Assembly: GCA_033238685.1 (NCBI GenBank)
Contig: BRZM01000133.1
Span: 92,481-156,480 of the forward strand
Direction: 5' to 3'
DNA length: 64,000 nucleotides
Source: Lates japonicus
Taxonomy: Eukaryota
Part shown: piece after piece, positions 26,670 through 37,832 of the stretch
How positions within the stretch are numbered: position 1 is the stretch's first letter
Layout of the letters: each line of letters begins with the position of its first letter
Program-made: the position numbers and the translations under genes
Notes under the pieces: generated by a model
Databases searched by the model: none
What the model saw: the letters and a program-made list of their open reading frames with translations, nothing else
What the model was told of the DNA's origin: nothing

Positions 26670-27177
26670 CTGCACATACAGTTTACATCTGCTGTAGGTT
26701 TACTCTTTAGTTTACTATTTGAAATATTGTATGTTATATATTTAGTATTTAAGTCACATGAATAATGACAGATTGAACATTAAATAACATTAGAGTCAAA
26801 CCCTGAGATCTGTTTCTACAGTTTCTGAAAGTGAAGCACTGACAGAAACTAAACTGTCAGACAAACTGTTTCTCTCTGACGTGACAACAGACTGTAAATC
26901 ATAAAACATCTTTAATATTCTCACTGATGATCTGAATTCCAATCAGCTCACACATCTGTTTGATGCTGCACTAACTTTCTGTTTGTGATGCTTTAATAAT
27001 GAAAACACTCTTCAGGCTCAGTTTCAGATATTAGAGTCTGAATGTTTGATGAAACTGTATCGGCATTAAAACAGGATTCGTTTTCCTTTTCTCTGATTCA
27101 CACAGTTCACTGATGTTTGAAGTTAACTGTAAGTTTTATTTTGAAAGACGACACAGGAACAGGAAGTCAGAACGTAC

Positions 27178-27304
27178 CGCCTCGATCCTCTGGGCCTCGG
27201 CCTTCAGCTTGGCCTCGTTGACGGCCGCTTCTCCCTGGATACGAGCCGCCTCCGCCCGAGACTGAGCCTCGGCCTTGGCGGCTCCTGTACTCTCCACCGC
27301 AGCG
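27178..27304 (-). CDS. mvp: MVP exon 14
   Basis: (S)[42 protein letters not shown]; human has [41 protein letters not shown]. Donor GCG|GTACGT. Confidence 0.85.
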
Positions 27305-27387
27305 CTGCGACACACAGTTAACATCCGCACTGTAAAAATCTACCTGTTTGATCCTTTAACACCTCCTGCTTCACCTGTGAAACTCAC

Positions 27388-27504
27388 CTGAGAGCCTCCA
27401 GCTCCAGCAGCTCCTTCCTGGCTCTCTCAGCCTCTGCCTGGTCGGTGATCCTCTGCCTCTCCAGCTTCCCCCGAGCTTCCTGCTCCAGACGCTCCGCCTC
27501 GTGC
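27388..27504 (-). CDS. mvp: MVP exon 13 (start of C-terminal coiled-coil region)
   Basis: [38 protein letters not shown](S); human has [39 protein letters not shown]. The frame was cross-checked against the stop of ORF 27427..27609 in the neighbouring frame. Confidence 0.82.
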
Positions 27505-27862
27505 CTGCACACACAGGAAACGCCATGAAACTGGAAATATCCTGAAACATATACTCACTGCATCTGCTGAAAAATCAGCTGTAAGAAGCACGTGACCTAC
27601 ATGACTCACTGAAACTGATCATTAAAGTGTTTCTAACTGATTCTGAATCATCAGAGTTTTCATTTGTTTCTGGACTCTGAGAATGACTGTTCTCTCATCT
27701 AACTAAACTTAAAAAACTGATTCTTATTTTTGTTTTTCTGTCTTGTTGTTTCCATCCTGTTCTCAGTTACTAACATCCAGACTCAAACAGCTGAGTGCAG
27801 CCTCCTCTGGTCATTTAACAGCACAGTGAGCCTCAGTGTGTATGTGTGTGTGTTTTTCGTAC

Positions 27863-28074
27863 CGTGCGGCGGCCTCCTGGGAGTTGGTGGTGATCTCGAT
27901 GGCGAGCTGGACGCTCTTCTGCAGGGCGTCTCGTGTCCTCTGGTCGACGGGCTCCACAGACTGGATGTCCACGCTGCTGATCACCAGGTTGTTCTGGTGG
28001 AAGCGAAGACTGGGACGAACCGCCAGCTTCTCATCGAAGCCAAACACCGCAGAGCAGATGATCCGGTTCGAGTT
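27863..28074 (-). CDS. mvp: MVP exon 12
   Basis: [70 protein letters not shown](R); human has NSARIIRTAVFGFE...[43 protein letters not shown]. Confidence 0.88.
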
Positions 28075-28182
28075 CTGGAAACAAGAAGAACCAGAGTGTC
28101 AGAGCAGCACGCTGCGAGCAGCCGAGTGAAGGTCAGAACTAATCTGCCTCCTACTGAACATGAAGGAAGGTGAAATCCAAAC

Positions 28183-28327
28183 CTTGTGGAAGTCATCAAA
28201 CTGCACGGAGGCGACGGCTCCTCTGACCCGGGAGGCGATGGCTTTACAGGCGTCTCCCACAAAGTCAGGGACTGAAAACAGAGCAGCTGCATCAGCTGGG
28301 TCTGCAGGAGACTTCATATCAAAGTGC
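28183..28327 (-). CDS. mvp: MVP exon 11
   Basis: (W)[48 protein letters not shown]; human has [48 protein letters not shown]. Confidence 0.88.
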
Positions 28328-29224
28328 CTGAAGAAAGAAAGAGAGGGAGAGGGAGGATCAGTTCACAAACTCTGAAAATACATCAGGTAGCAGAGAGAAG
28401 TCTGCAGTTTGTTGTAAATTTAACTGATAAGTTCACTTGTTCTGCTTCTGAAAATCTGCTCTCTCCAAGCACACAAACACTCCACAAGCTCCATGACATG
28501 TTGTCTCCTTTGTGGACAAAACGCCTCATAAATCTTTAACTATAATTACCTCCTCCACCAACCAGTCCAGCTGCAGATAACTAGTGTTTGAATTCTTGAG
28601 TTATGTAGGAAGCTGAATCTATCACCTTGACGTTTGACCACCAAAGTCTAATCAGTTCATCTTCCAGGTGAATTCCATCAAGGTGTTACTGAGATGTCAC
28701 CTTCACAACGAACAGATGAATCAAATCATCATATCATCAAATATCATATCATCGAATTATCAAATACGACTCAAGACCTTTTCTGAGTCATTGATGTGAA
28801 GTAAAACCTTTATTTACAAACTCTAGTGATCATTCTCTCCTAAACACAGCTGCTGTTGGTTGCAAGAGGTTTTAAGTCAGATTAATTCTCTGTACAATTT
28901 TCTCCCTGAGCAGCTGCGTCAGAAAATATCTGCTCCTCTGATAAAAAGCTACAAGACACTGGTGAACATAAGAACTGAAGGAGATTGAGGAGACTGAGGA
29001 GATTCCCAGGGTGCATTTCACTGACAGACATCCAATCACAGAGCTGAAGCTAAAGATTCCTTTTTACAGAGACTTCTTTATTTTAGAAGTTTTAATCAGT
29101 TCTGACTGGAAATCTGCAGGAAGTGTTGAGTTTGTCTGAACAGTAAACTAATCTATATCCACTCCGTGTTTTAACCCTTGATCTCGTCACTCCTGTGGTT
29201 CTCGGTGTCAGACTGTGTGGTTAC

Positions 29225-29422
29225 CAGTTGTAGGACAGCTGCAGCTGCAGTCGGGCGTGGTCGGCCGTCTCGATGGTGATGATGTCGGTGAAGAAGTCGG
29301 GGCCCAGCAGGAGGCAGACGGCCTTGATGACGTTGGCCCTCTTCGGTTTGTCTCCGGACAGCGACAGCACGGTGAACTGCTCGTCAGGTCCCAGCATCAC
29401 CATCTCTGGACCAAACACCACC
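29225..29422 (-). CDS. mvp: MVP exon 10
   Basis: [65 protein letters not shown](W); human has [66 protein letters not shown]. Donor TG|GTAACC. Confidence 0.88.
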
Positions 29423-29503
29423 CTGAAGACGAGACCACACCACCACGTCAGCTGGTTTATTTAACCTCCACACCCTCCATCAGGACTAGAAACCCCATCT
29501 CAC

Positions 29504-29739
29504 CTGGCTTTCTTCTCCCTGTAGTCGTACACCTGGACGGCAGCGTTGTGGGGGACCCTGTAGGAAACCACCCGGGTCTTGTCCCTGGGCTGGCCGGTTC
29601 CACTGGCGGTCCGGTCGGAGCGGTTGGCCAACGGGTCGAGAGGAGATGCCAGCAGGGCCTCCACGTTCGGAGGAAGCTCCTTCTGCCACAGCTCCTCATC
29701 CTGAGTCAGCATGTAGGTGTGACCGATGACTGCACGCAC
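29504..29739 (-). CDS. mvp: MVP exon 9
   Basis: [30 protein letters not shown]...[25 protein letters not shown](R); human has [30 protein letters not shown]...[26 protein letters not shown]. Donor AG|GTGAGA. Confidence 0.88.
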
Positions 29740-29794
29740 CTGGGAGGGACGAGGACACGCTGACGTGAGGGTGGACACTAGAGTGACACGGAGT

Positions 29795-30300
29795 CAGCTC
29801 CGGAGGTTTTCTTTTTTTTGTTGGGACTAGTTAGAGAGGACTGGGGACTAGCTACAGAAGTCTAAGGACTAGGTACAGAGGTAAGGGACTGGTTTGAGAG
29901 GTCAGGGACTAGTTAGAGAGTTCGAGGACTAGTTACAGAAGTCAGGATTAACTGCAGAGGTCTGACAAGTAGTGCCAGAAGTAAGGGACTAGTTGGAGAG
30001 GTCTAAGACTACTTAGAGAGGTCTGAGGACTAGAAGTCAGGACTAGTAACACTTTTGGAAGTCAAACTAGTTGCAGAAGTTTGGGACTAGTTAGAAAGGT
30101 TTAAAGACTGGTGTCAAAGGTAAGGGACTAGTGGTAGAGGTCTGGGGACAAGGTATAGAAGTTTAAGGACTAGTTACAGAGGTATGGGACTAGTTACACA
30201 GTCTGAAGACTAGTTACAGAGGTCTAACAACTAGTACCAGAAGTAAGGAACTAGTTAGAGAATTCTGGGACTAGTGACCGAGTTAAGGGACTAGTCACAG
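29795..30300. repeat. Intronic minisatellite (about 20-21 bp unit, gggactagttacagaggtctaa-like, about 24 copies) in MVP intron 8
   Basis: Imperfect direct tandem repeats between MVP exons 9 and 8. Confidence 0.85.
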
Positions 30301-30466
30301 AGGTTTGGGACTACCGTAGGAGAGGCTGCTTTTTGGAGCTCTTTATGTTGATGTGTTCAAGGAAGTTCAGACATTGGAGACATGACCGTCAGTCACCAAA
30401 AACACTTGAACACAACATACAGGAAACCAAACGTTCTTTAAACAGAGGTGGACAGGTAAGACATAC

Positions 30467-30688
30467 CTTTCCGGTCTTGATGTCCCGGACGTAGATTCCC
30501 TCGTTCTCATCCAGAGGGATGGCCTGTCGTCTCAGCATCACCTCCACGGTGGCGGGGGGGACATACTCGATCGGGCCCCGCAGCATCCAGCGGTCTCCGG
30601 GGCGACGGAGGACGCCGCTCCTCCGAGAGCGCTTGGCCCTCTCCTGCATCAGCTCCTCCTCCTCGGCCTCCTCTTCCTCCTCCTGGCG
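30467..30688 (-). CDS. mvp: MVP exon 8, with an acidic stretch where human has LEEGEDEEKVSHQAGD
   Basis: [74 protein letters not shown]; human has [42 protein letters not shown]. Acceptor tctctgccag, donor AAG|GTATGT. The long ORF 30389..31144 is otherwise intronic read-through. Confidence 0.85.
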
Positions 30689-32651
30689 CTGGCAGAGAGA
30701 ACGGGGGAGAGAGAGGAGGAGGACGGAGAGAAGGGTTAACGTGGCGATGCATTGGAGCGGCGGAGGAGGGAGAGGAGGGGAGGGGACTGGAGAGACGAGC
30801 TGAGAGGAAAATAAAACCCAGAACGTGGAACAAAAGATTTGAAAAGGAGGAGGAGAATGTGAAGGGTGGACGGAGTGATGATGAACGATCAGAGCGTCGG
30901 GGGTGGCAGGGTTTGATTCAACAGAAAGAAGGAAGAGGAGAAGAAGAAGAAGAAGAAGAAGAGAGCAGGGGTATAATGGGTTAGCCAGGTTAGGAAGGGA
31001 GGATGGTGCAGTGAAGGACAGAATCTCCTCCCTCCTCAAACTGACTCGATCCACCTGGTAATCCTGGATCTTTACCACCGTCAGGACTGAAGACATAGTA
31101 AGACTGAAGTAAGACTGAAGTGAAACCTTCACTGCACATTTCACACAGATTTTAGAAAATTTTCCAGATTGACCGTTTTAGATTTGCTTCTGAAAAACAT
31201 CAGTGTTCCCATCAATTACTGAGCTCCATTTTCAGCTTGTTTCTTCTTTAGTTTTTCTTTCGTTCTTCTTTAGGATGTCTGGTGAAGGGAGGAATGTGAT
31301 ACCGTCCAACTCATATTCATTATAAGGAGTCACACTGTGTTGTTGACCTGCAATCTTCCTGCACATATTAACAATTGTACAGAGTTTGTTCTTATTAACC
31401 ACAGACAGTGAAAAATGATGAGATAATAAAGTAGAAAGTTAAAAATAATCTTTATGAATTATTACTAACAGAAAACCATGATATGTGTGTCTGATCCAAA
31501 CTGTCAGAGCTTCACAGTAAAGAGCTGTAATTCAGACATTAAAAAGGATTGTGGCCTCAAATAAATGAGTCATTACTTTTGAACTCTTTATGCTACGTGT
31601 TAGTAATTCTCAGCGATTGTTCTGTAAAACATTTGACCTACAGTTGCATATTGGCTAAGTTATGCTTTGCTGAAAACTGTATTAAAAAACCATTTCATGG
31701 TTTGCAGCCTACCTTTAACCAACTCAATTTATGAAGGGATCAAACAGATATTCTGCAAAAGCCACAACTTTGCAAAGATACAACTGTAGGTCAAAGTTAA
31801 ACACGTCCAACAGATCAAACGTTTTTAAAGCCTCAGTATATCAGAAACCAAAGAAGATACGAGCAGAAAACTCTGCACACTGACATTATTTACATGAAGT
31901 ATGAAGTAAATCTGAGGTCAGACAGAAGGTCTCTGTTGATTTGACCTGCAAACTATTAAAACAACGTGTGCTCAGGTACGACTGCAGCAGATTTTACTTC
32001 TGTTACTGAATCTCTGACTTTTAGTTAGTTTGGTTTCTTACAAACGTTAGAATCTGAACCTGTGTGTTGGATAAGAGATCTGAACCGATTCAGATTCCTA
32101 ACCAATCAGTCTCCAGCTGCTCCACCTGTAAACTGAGGCTGACGATCACGTCTTTACAGATTCCTCTGTGAGAGACTCCCTGTGATAACCTCCAGCTGTA
32201 ACCTCTGACTACACCCAACCACACCAATCAGTTACACAGGCTGCGTGTTAAACTTTAACCCACAGAGGACAGAGACAAACCTCTGAGCTGCAGGGTTTCT
32301 TTAACCCCGACACACCTCTGTATGAAGATGAAGTTTGCTTTGGTAATCAGTTTTCTGTGATCAACCGGTTCCACCAAACCATCAGAGCACAAACACAGTG
32401 AGTAGGCTCAGAGGAATGTCAGCTCCTCCCTCACACACAGAGAAGAGACTCACTGTACGTAAATACCTGATTTCCTTTTCTAACGATGTAAGTGCAGCTC
32501 TATCTGCAGCAGGAGGTGTCTCCTGAGCCACAGTCCGGATCAGGTCTCTCCTGTTTCTGCCTCTTTACTCTGACTTCCTGTATATTTCACACTTTATTTT
32601 CTGGCCTCTCTTTGTCGTACATTTATGACCTCTGACCTCAGGCCTCCTCAC

Positions 32652-32777
32652 CTCCTCTGTGTCGTTGAAAGCCTCCACAGCTCTCAGGACCAGACCCTCC
32701 TCCTCCGACAGCACGTACACGTCCTGGATGCCGTGTTCAAGGTGTTCCCCTGGCTGCAGGAAAAATGAGCGCTCACC
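32652..32777 (-). CDS. mvp: MVP exon 7
   Basis: [42 protein letters not shown]; human has [42 protein letters not shown]. Donor GAG|GTGAGG. Confidence 0.88.
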
Positions 32778-32879
32778 CTGACAGAGACAAAGAAGAAATC
32801 CAAACATCAGGTCTCAGGAGGAGCAGGACTGAGTAGATCCTGGGGGGAGTGAGGAACAGGGTGACGCAGTACTCCTCAC

Positions 32880-33116
32880 CTTCACCACCCTCTTCTGGCC
32901 CAGCTGAGGTTTCCCGTCGGGTCCGACCGGGTCCAGGATCACACAGTACTGCCTGCTGCTCAGAGTGGTCACGTCCACCACCCCCACCACCTCCTCCGCC
33001 ACAGAGGGGATGTGAGCCTCCCTGTCGGCCATGGTGACGAGCCACTCCTCCCCCGTGCGACGGTCCCGACCGCCGGCGTCTTTGAAGGGACGCAGAGCGC
33101 GAACGTGAAGAGCTTT
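32880..33116 (-). CDS. mvp: MVP exon 6
   Basis: [79 protein letters not shown]; human has [79 protein letters not shown]. Confidence 0.88.
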
Positions 33117-33640
33117 CTGAAGAACAGGAGACAGAACAAGTTCAACACCTGAACTCAGGCAGTTTAATGTGACGTCTGTTTGACGGTTGACGCGATGATA
33201 TTTCTCTGCTCACATATTATTTTACATTTGTATTGCAGCTCTATGATTCACCAGTTTCTCATTGACCTGCTTCAAAAGTGAAATCACACAGAAACAGCTC
33301 GAGACCAAGACTTGTTCAGACTCATCTCTCCAAGATCAACTGTTGGAGAGTTCACAGAGACCTGCAGTCAGTCAGACTGTAGGTGTAACATGGTGACGAT
33401 GATGCTTCTCCAGTTTAAATCCAGTGTTTGAATGTGAGATACAAAATTGGAAACTAGAATTACCGCCTCACATTGTTGGTCTCCATGCAGCACAGCAACA
33501 GTGTTTTTATGATGTATGATGTTTTATGATGACGGATGAGTGTGAGTGTTTTTATTTGAACAAAATGTGTCATGCAGTTCGTGGTTAATAAATCCATCTG
33601 TGTGTCTGTTAAATCCTGAGTTGATGCAGTTTGACCTCAC

Positions 33641-33735
33641 CTTGTCAGTCAGGATGAAAGCGTTGACGATGTCAATGACCTCTTCATGAGCACCTGGCAG
33701 GTACGCTCCCACCTTACTGACCAGCCACTCCTCCC
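33641..33735 (-). CDS. mvp: MVP exon 5
   Basis: [32 protein letters not shown]; human has [32 protein letters not shown]. Acceptor ttgtttcag, donor AAG|GTGAGG. Confidence 0.88.
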
Positions 33736-34156
33736 CTGAAACAACACAACCTTTAATGGCCGCCTGCTCCAGAAACATTCTTCATCACAACATCACGGAA
33801 ACAGTCACAAACCTCCTTCTGCAGCAGACAGAATTCATTTAACTTTACATTTTCATGCCGGGTCTGTCGACCACTGAAGTTTATAAGGAGCTCTTCAGAT
33901 TCTTATCAAGGTTTGTGCCTCATGTTTTAACTAACACTCAGGCACTCGAGCAGAGAGCTTTAATGCAAATGTGTCGCGGCTGAAACCTACGATGTCCTTC
34001 CTCATAAAAAATGTAAAACGTTTTGCTTTGCAAATGTTTTATGAGGCAGAGGCCTCCAGGGCACAGCCACTGCACACCTGCCTCATCACTACATCACTAT
34101 CTGCTTTCTTCTTTTTTAAATGCCCTCATGTCAAACTGGGGTCGCCACGGTGTTAC

Positions 34157-34288
34157 CTGTGACCCTGCGGACTCCTCCTCGGTCCACTCCCTCCTTGCGA
34201 GCTCTCAGTCTGATGGCCTGGTTCTCTCTGATCACTGTGGCCTTGATGGTCTCCAGCACGGCCACCTCCTTCCTCGGGATGTAGGTCC
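34157..34288 (-). CDS. mvp: MVP exon 4
   Basis: [45 protein letters not shown]; human has [45 protein letters not shown]. The boundaries were cross-checked against ORF 34153..34362 in the adjacent frame. Confidence 0.85.
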
Positions 34289-34758
34289 CTGACGGAAACA
34301 CACATGATTACAGACAAATGAAATATACCAGAGTTTCTGTACAGGACACATCTGCAGCTCACTCTGTCTAACCTACAGAACCTTAACTTCTAAAATCACT
34401 GCGGTTTACAGTAAAAACAACTTCATCTGTGATAAGAACGGCTCACGAATCCCATACTGATTCCAGTATTTAAAGATAAAGCTCTGAAGATGTGTCATCA
34501 TGTTTTAGAGGGAAGGCTCAGACACAAAAACATGAGCATTAACAGACAATATAGAATCATAAAGAGTAAGTCTAAGAAAAGTCTAAGTAAAATCTAAACT
34601 GTACCAAATTTTTTTTGCATTCCAGATTTTTTTATTTTATTTTAACCCCTAGTAAAACTGCAGAAACTGTAGAAAACATCACTGAACTAAACTCGCACAG
34701 TTTTTATATTTATACTTGAGTCCAGATGTGACAGATGTGGAGGAGGAGTTAAATGTAC

Positions 34759-34882
34759 CTGGTCCCTCAAACAGCCACTCGTCTCCGGCCACTCTCTTCT
34801 CTCCTCCCTCCACCTCAAAGTCCAGCAGAGCCTGCAGACGCAGAGCCGTGTCCGGGTACACGATCTGCAGCGGGGTCACGTC
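34759..34882 (-). CDS. mvp: MVP exon 3
   Basis: [42 protein letters not shown]; human has [41 protein letters not shown]. Acceptor tgtcttccag, donor CCAG|GTACAT. Confidence 0.88.
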
Positions 34883-35003
34883 CTGGAAGACAAACACTGT
34901 TCGTCAGATACGTCTCCAGTAACAAAGTGGTAAAAGTTTGGTCAGTTTAATTAGGTCAAGATGAATAAAAACCCTGAGACTGCAGGCCAGGTTTCATACA
35001 GAC

Positions 35004-35199
35004 CTGCTGGACCTCCTCTCCGGGGTACAGGGGGAACGGGTCCTGGGTCAGACGGATCTCCAGGTCGGCATGGCGGAGCTTGGCCTGACCTGATTGGTCA
35101 AAGAGGACCTGACCGTTATCGTCGCGAGACACAGGGTTGGCGACCACGCAGTAGTGACGAGGAGGCACCATGATCATACGAACCGGCAAGAAGAGCACT
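35004..35199 (-). CDS. mvp: MVP exon 2
   Basis: Acceptor tctgtctcag. [65 protein letters not shown] matches human [61 protein letters not shown]. Donor CAG|GTCTGT. Confidence 0.88.
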
Positions 35200-35289
35200 C
35201 TGAGACAGAAAACAGGAGAATCTGTCTTTACATACAGAATTTCTACTTGTTTTATATTAGAATATCTAGAGTTTTTTCATCTCACAGGA

Positions 35290-35520
35290 CATACGAAGAC
35301 ATCAACTTCAAAAAACCAACGGAGTGCAGACTCTACATGTATGCAGATGATACTATTCTTTATGTTGCAGCAAAAGCCACAGAGGAATGTCAGCAGGATG
35401 TGACAGAGGATGTGGAGAGAGCTAATAAACGCTTCATAAACCCTCAAAAAACTAAATCAATGCTCTTTGACCTCTCTCAAAACCTTATGTGCCTCAGAAA
35501 CACCACAAGTTCATCTCTTT
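35290..35520 (+). mobile_element. LINE reverse-transcriptase fragment in MVP intron 1
   Basis: ORF 35094..35522 contains CRLYMYADDTILYVAAK...NPQKTKSMLFD. The YADD box and the downstream NPxKTK motif are typical of L2/Rex-type non-LTR RTs. It is truncated with no intact ORF. Confidence 0.6.
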
Positions 35521-37668
35521 GAGCAGAACCTCTAGAACCTTCTCATCAACCACTAAAGCTTATGATGCTTTAGGACCCTGAGAACCTCCTCAAGAACCAC
35601 TACAACCTCTTAAAAACTTCTTTAGATTCTCTAAATTATGTACTGAAATGGTGAATGAAATTAAACTCAAACTCAACTTTAACTGTGTTAGTAAACCTTG
35701 AGCCAAGGTTTTCCTTTCATTTATCACCTCACACTGGATCCTGCTGTGAAGCTGATGACGATAATACACAGTTGTGTATCTCTGTTACTTTTTATTCCAT
35801 CAACTTTCATGAAACAAACTTCATGAAAAAATCAGTTAAATATGGAATTTGTCCATGGTGCCCAAATCTTTGTATAAAACTGAATAGTCCTGTGCAGGAG
35901 AGCTCATTCTTATAAATAAAAGTAATGTTTTGGAAGTCAATGGTTTTACTTCTAGCAATAATGTGACCTGGAGTTCTAGTCAATGAAACCTTTAAAAACT
36001 GTCCAAAAAGGGGAATATCTGTACCCAAATAACCTTGGAAAGCAGCAGATTATCCTGGTGAAATGACATTAACTGAACTGAAAACAATCATTGAAGCCTT
36101 AAAATATCTGTCTTATTAAATGACCTGAAATGTCCTCTCTTACATATCCTCACATCGTTCTTATATCAGTAATGTCTGTGAAGCCTCTTCTCCACAGTAA
36201 ATGTATCCGGCCAAATCAATAGTGAAGTCAATTCTCAGTTGCATGATTTGCTTACAGTGATGTTTTTAAAATCCCTCTGTCAGTTTTCTGCTTGTATGTG
36301 GGATAAAATCACTGATTGAGTCGACGTGAGCAAAAAAAAAAAAAAAAAAGCGTCTGTTAAAGTAAATCACTGTATCTACAACAGCACTGATAAAAGGCTT
36401 TTAAACACAGAGATGGGCGTGTGAGTGTTTGTGGCTGTAGTCTGGGAGTTAGTGTGGTCACCGTTCATAACACACTGATCCAGTTTACCACAGTTTATCA
36501 CTGTGACACAAAAACAATGAGACAAAAGATCTGATCGGTGGTTTTCTGTCACTGATTAATAGCAGCAGGTTTACAGCTTGATCTGCACATTCTGTTCATC
36601 TGAATCACTGTGGCTCACAATCAATCACAGGACTGAAGGTCTGAAGTCCTGCTAGCGCCACCTGCAGTCTACAATGTTCACTACATCCGCAATATCAAAG
36701 CGACTGAAAAGAGCAAACAACATACTGAAGATTTAACTTAAACTCGGGCATTTAGCTCGGTTTCCACTGCCTTTGGTTGTAGGTCCCATCACTATGAGAC
36801 TTATTCTATGGATAAGTCGGGTTACTCAGATATGACGTCAATTTGCATGTCAGTTGTACTTTGTATGTTTGGCTCTATCCAACTGATTTTGTAGACATTT
36901 AAAGTGGCAATAGACAACGTATTTGTTTTAACTTCTCATTAGAAAGCTAGAGCGATAGAGCTTTTGATTGGTTGCACTGGGACAGAAACCCAGCCCTGGA
37001 CTTTTCCTCTGGGACTGACTTTATGGCTTTTTATGGTCCATCAGCCCACCGGGATCAGTCCTGGTAGTCCCTGTGGCCAGATCGACTGTGGAAAGAGCTC
37101 TGGGACTCGAGAGAGTTCAGACAGTCAGTTGTCTTTATTTCTACTGAATCAGTTGGTAACTAAACTGCTACTGATTAATACAACCAGGTGTTTTACTCTG
37201 CCTTTATCACAGCTCTGAGATCAGGGTTTTTGTTCAAAACTTATGGTTGTTTCTTGCGTTGGACAGTATCCAGGCTGACAGCAGGTAGCCATGTTGTTAA
37301 TGTTGATGCTACCAGCCAGAAATAAACAGATGATTCATTGTCTGTTTGATGATTTGAACAAATAACACATTACTGGTGGCCCCAACATTAATACCACATA
37401 CCACACAGGCACTGCCATCTTTAGGGCTAAATCACTAGCACGGCTAAAAATACACAATGCTAAATTATTCCAGTTTCTGCCTGTATGTCCACAGGTTTTC
37501 AACACACAGGAAATATCTGTATGTGAGCGGGCAACTTTAAGATAAAATCTGAAGGTACTGTTTCCTTTCTAAGGTCTTGCAACAACCTACATGTCAGAAG
37601 TAACTCTGTCCCAGTCAGACCTTTCACTTTAAAGAACACAGAGGTTTCTAAGGTCGACTGTCTCTGAC

Positions 37669-37832
37669 CTTTCATTGTCTTGGCGGATGTAGGTGAGCGG
37701 TCCGATCTCCACCCGGGCGATGTTGGTGTTCTGGTCCAGTACATGGATGTAGTGATGAGGTGGGATCCGGATGATCGACGCCTCCACCGGCACCTCAAAC
37801 TCCGGCCCGCGGTTTCCTCCCTTTTTCGACAT
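37669..37832 (-). CDS. mvp: Major vault protein exon 1 (coding start)
   Basis: ORF 37629..37832: [55 protein letters not shown]; human MVP has [42 protein letters not shown]. Donor AG|GTCAGA. Confidence 0.88.

Noticed and set aside
29215-29763. The 182-aa + strand ORF
   Set aside because: It is antisense to MVP exons 9-10 and the intervening intron, so it is an artefact of the coding strand opposite.
30389-31144. The 251-aa minus-strand ORF as a single coding gene
   Set aside because: Only residues 153-226 (30467-30688) match MVP and sit between a good acceptor and donor. The rest is low-complexity intron read-through (poly-Leu, poly-Pro).
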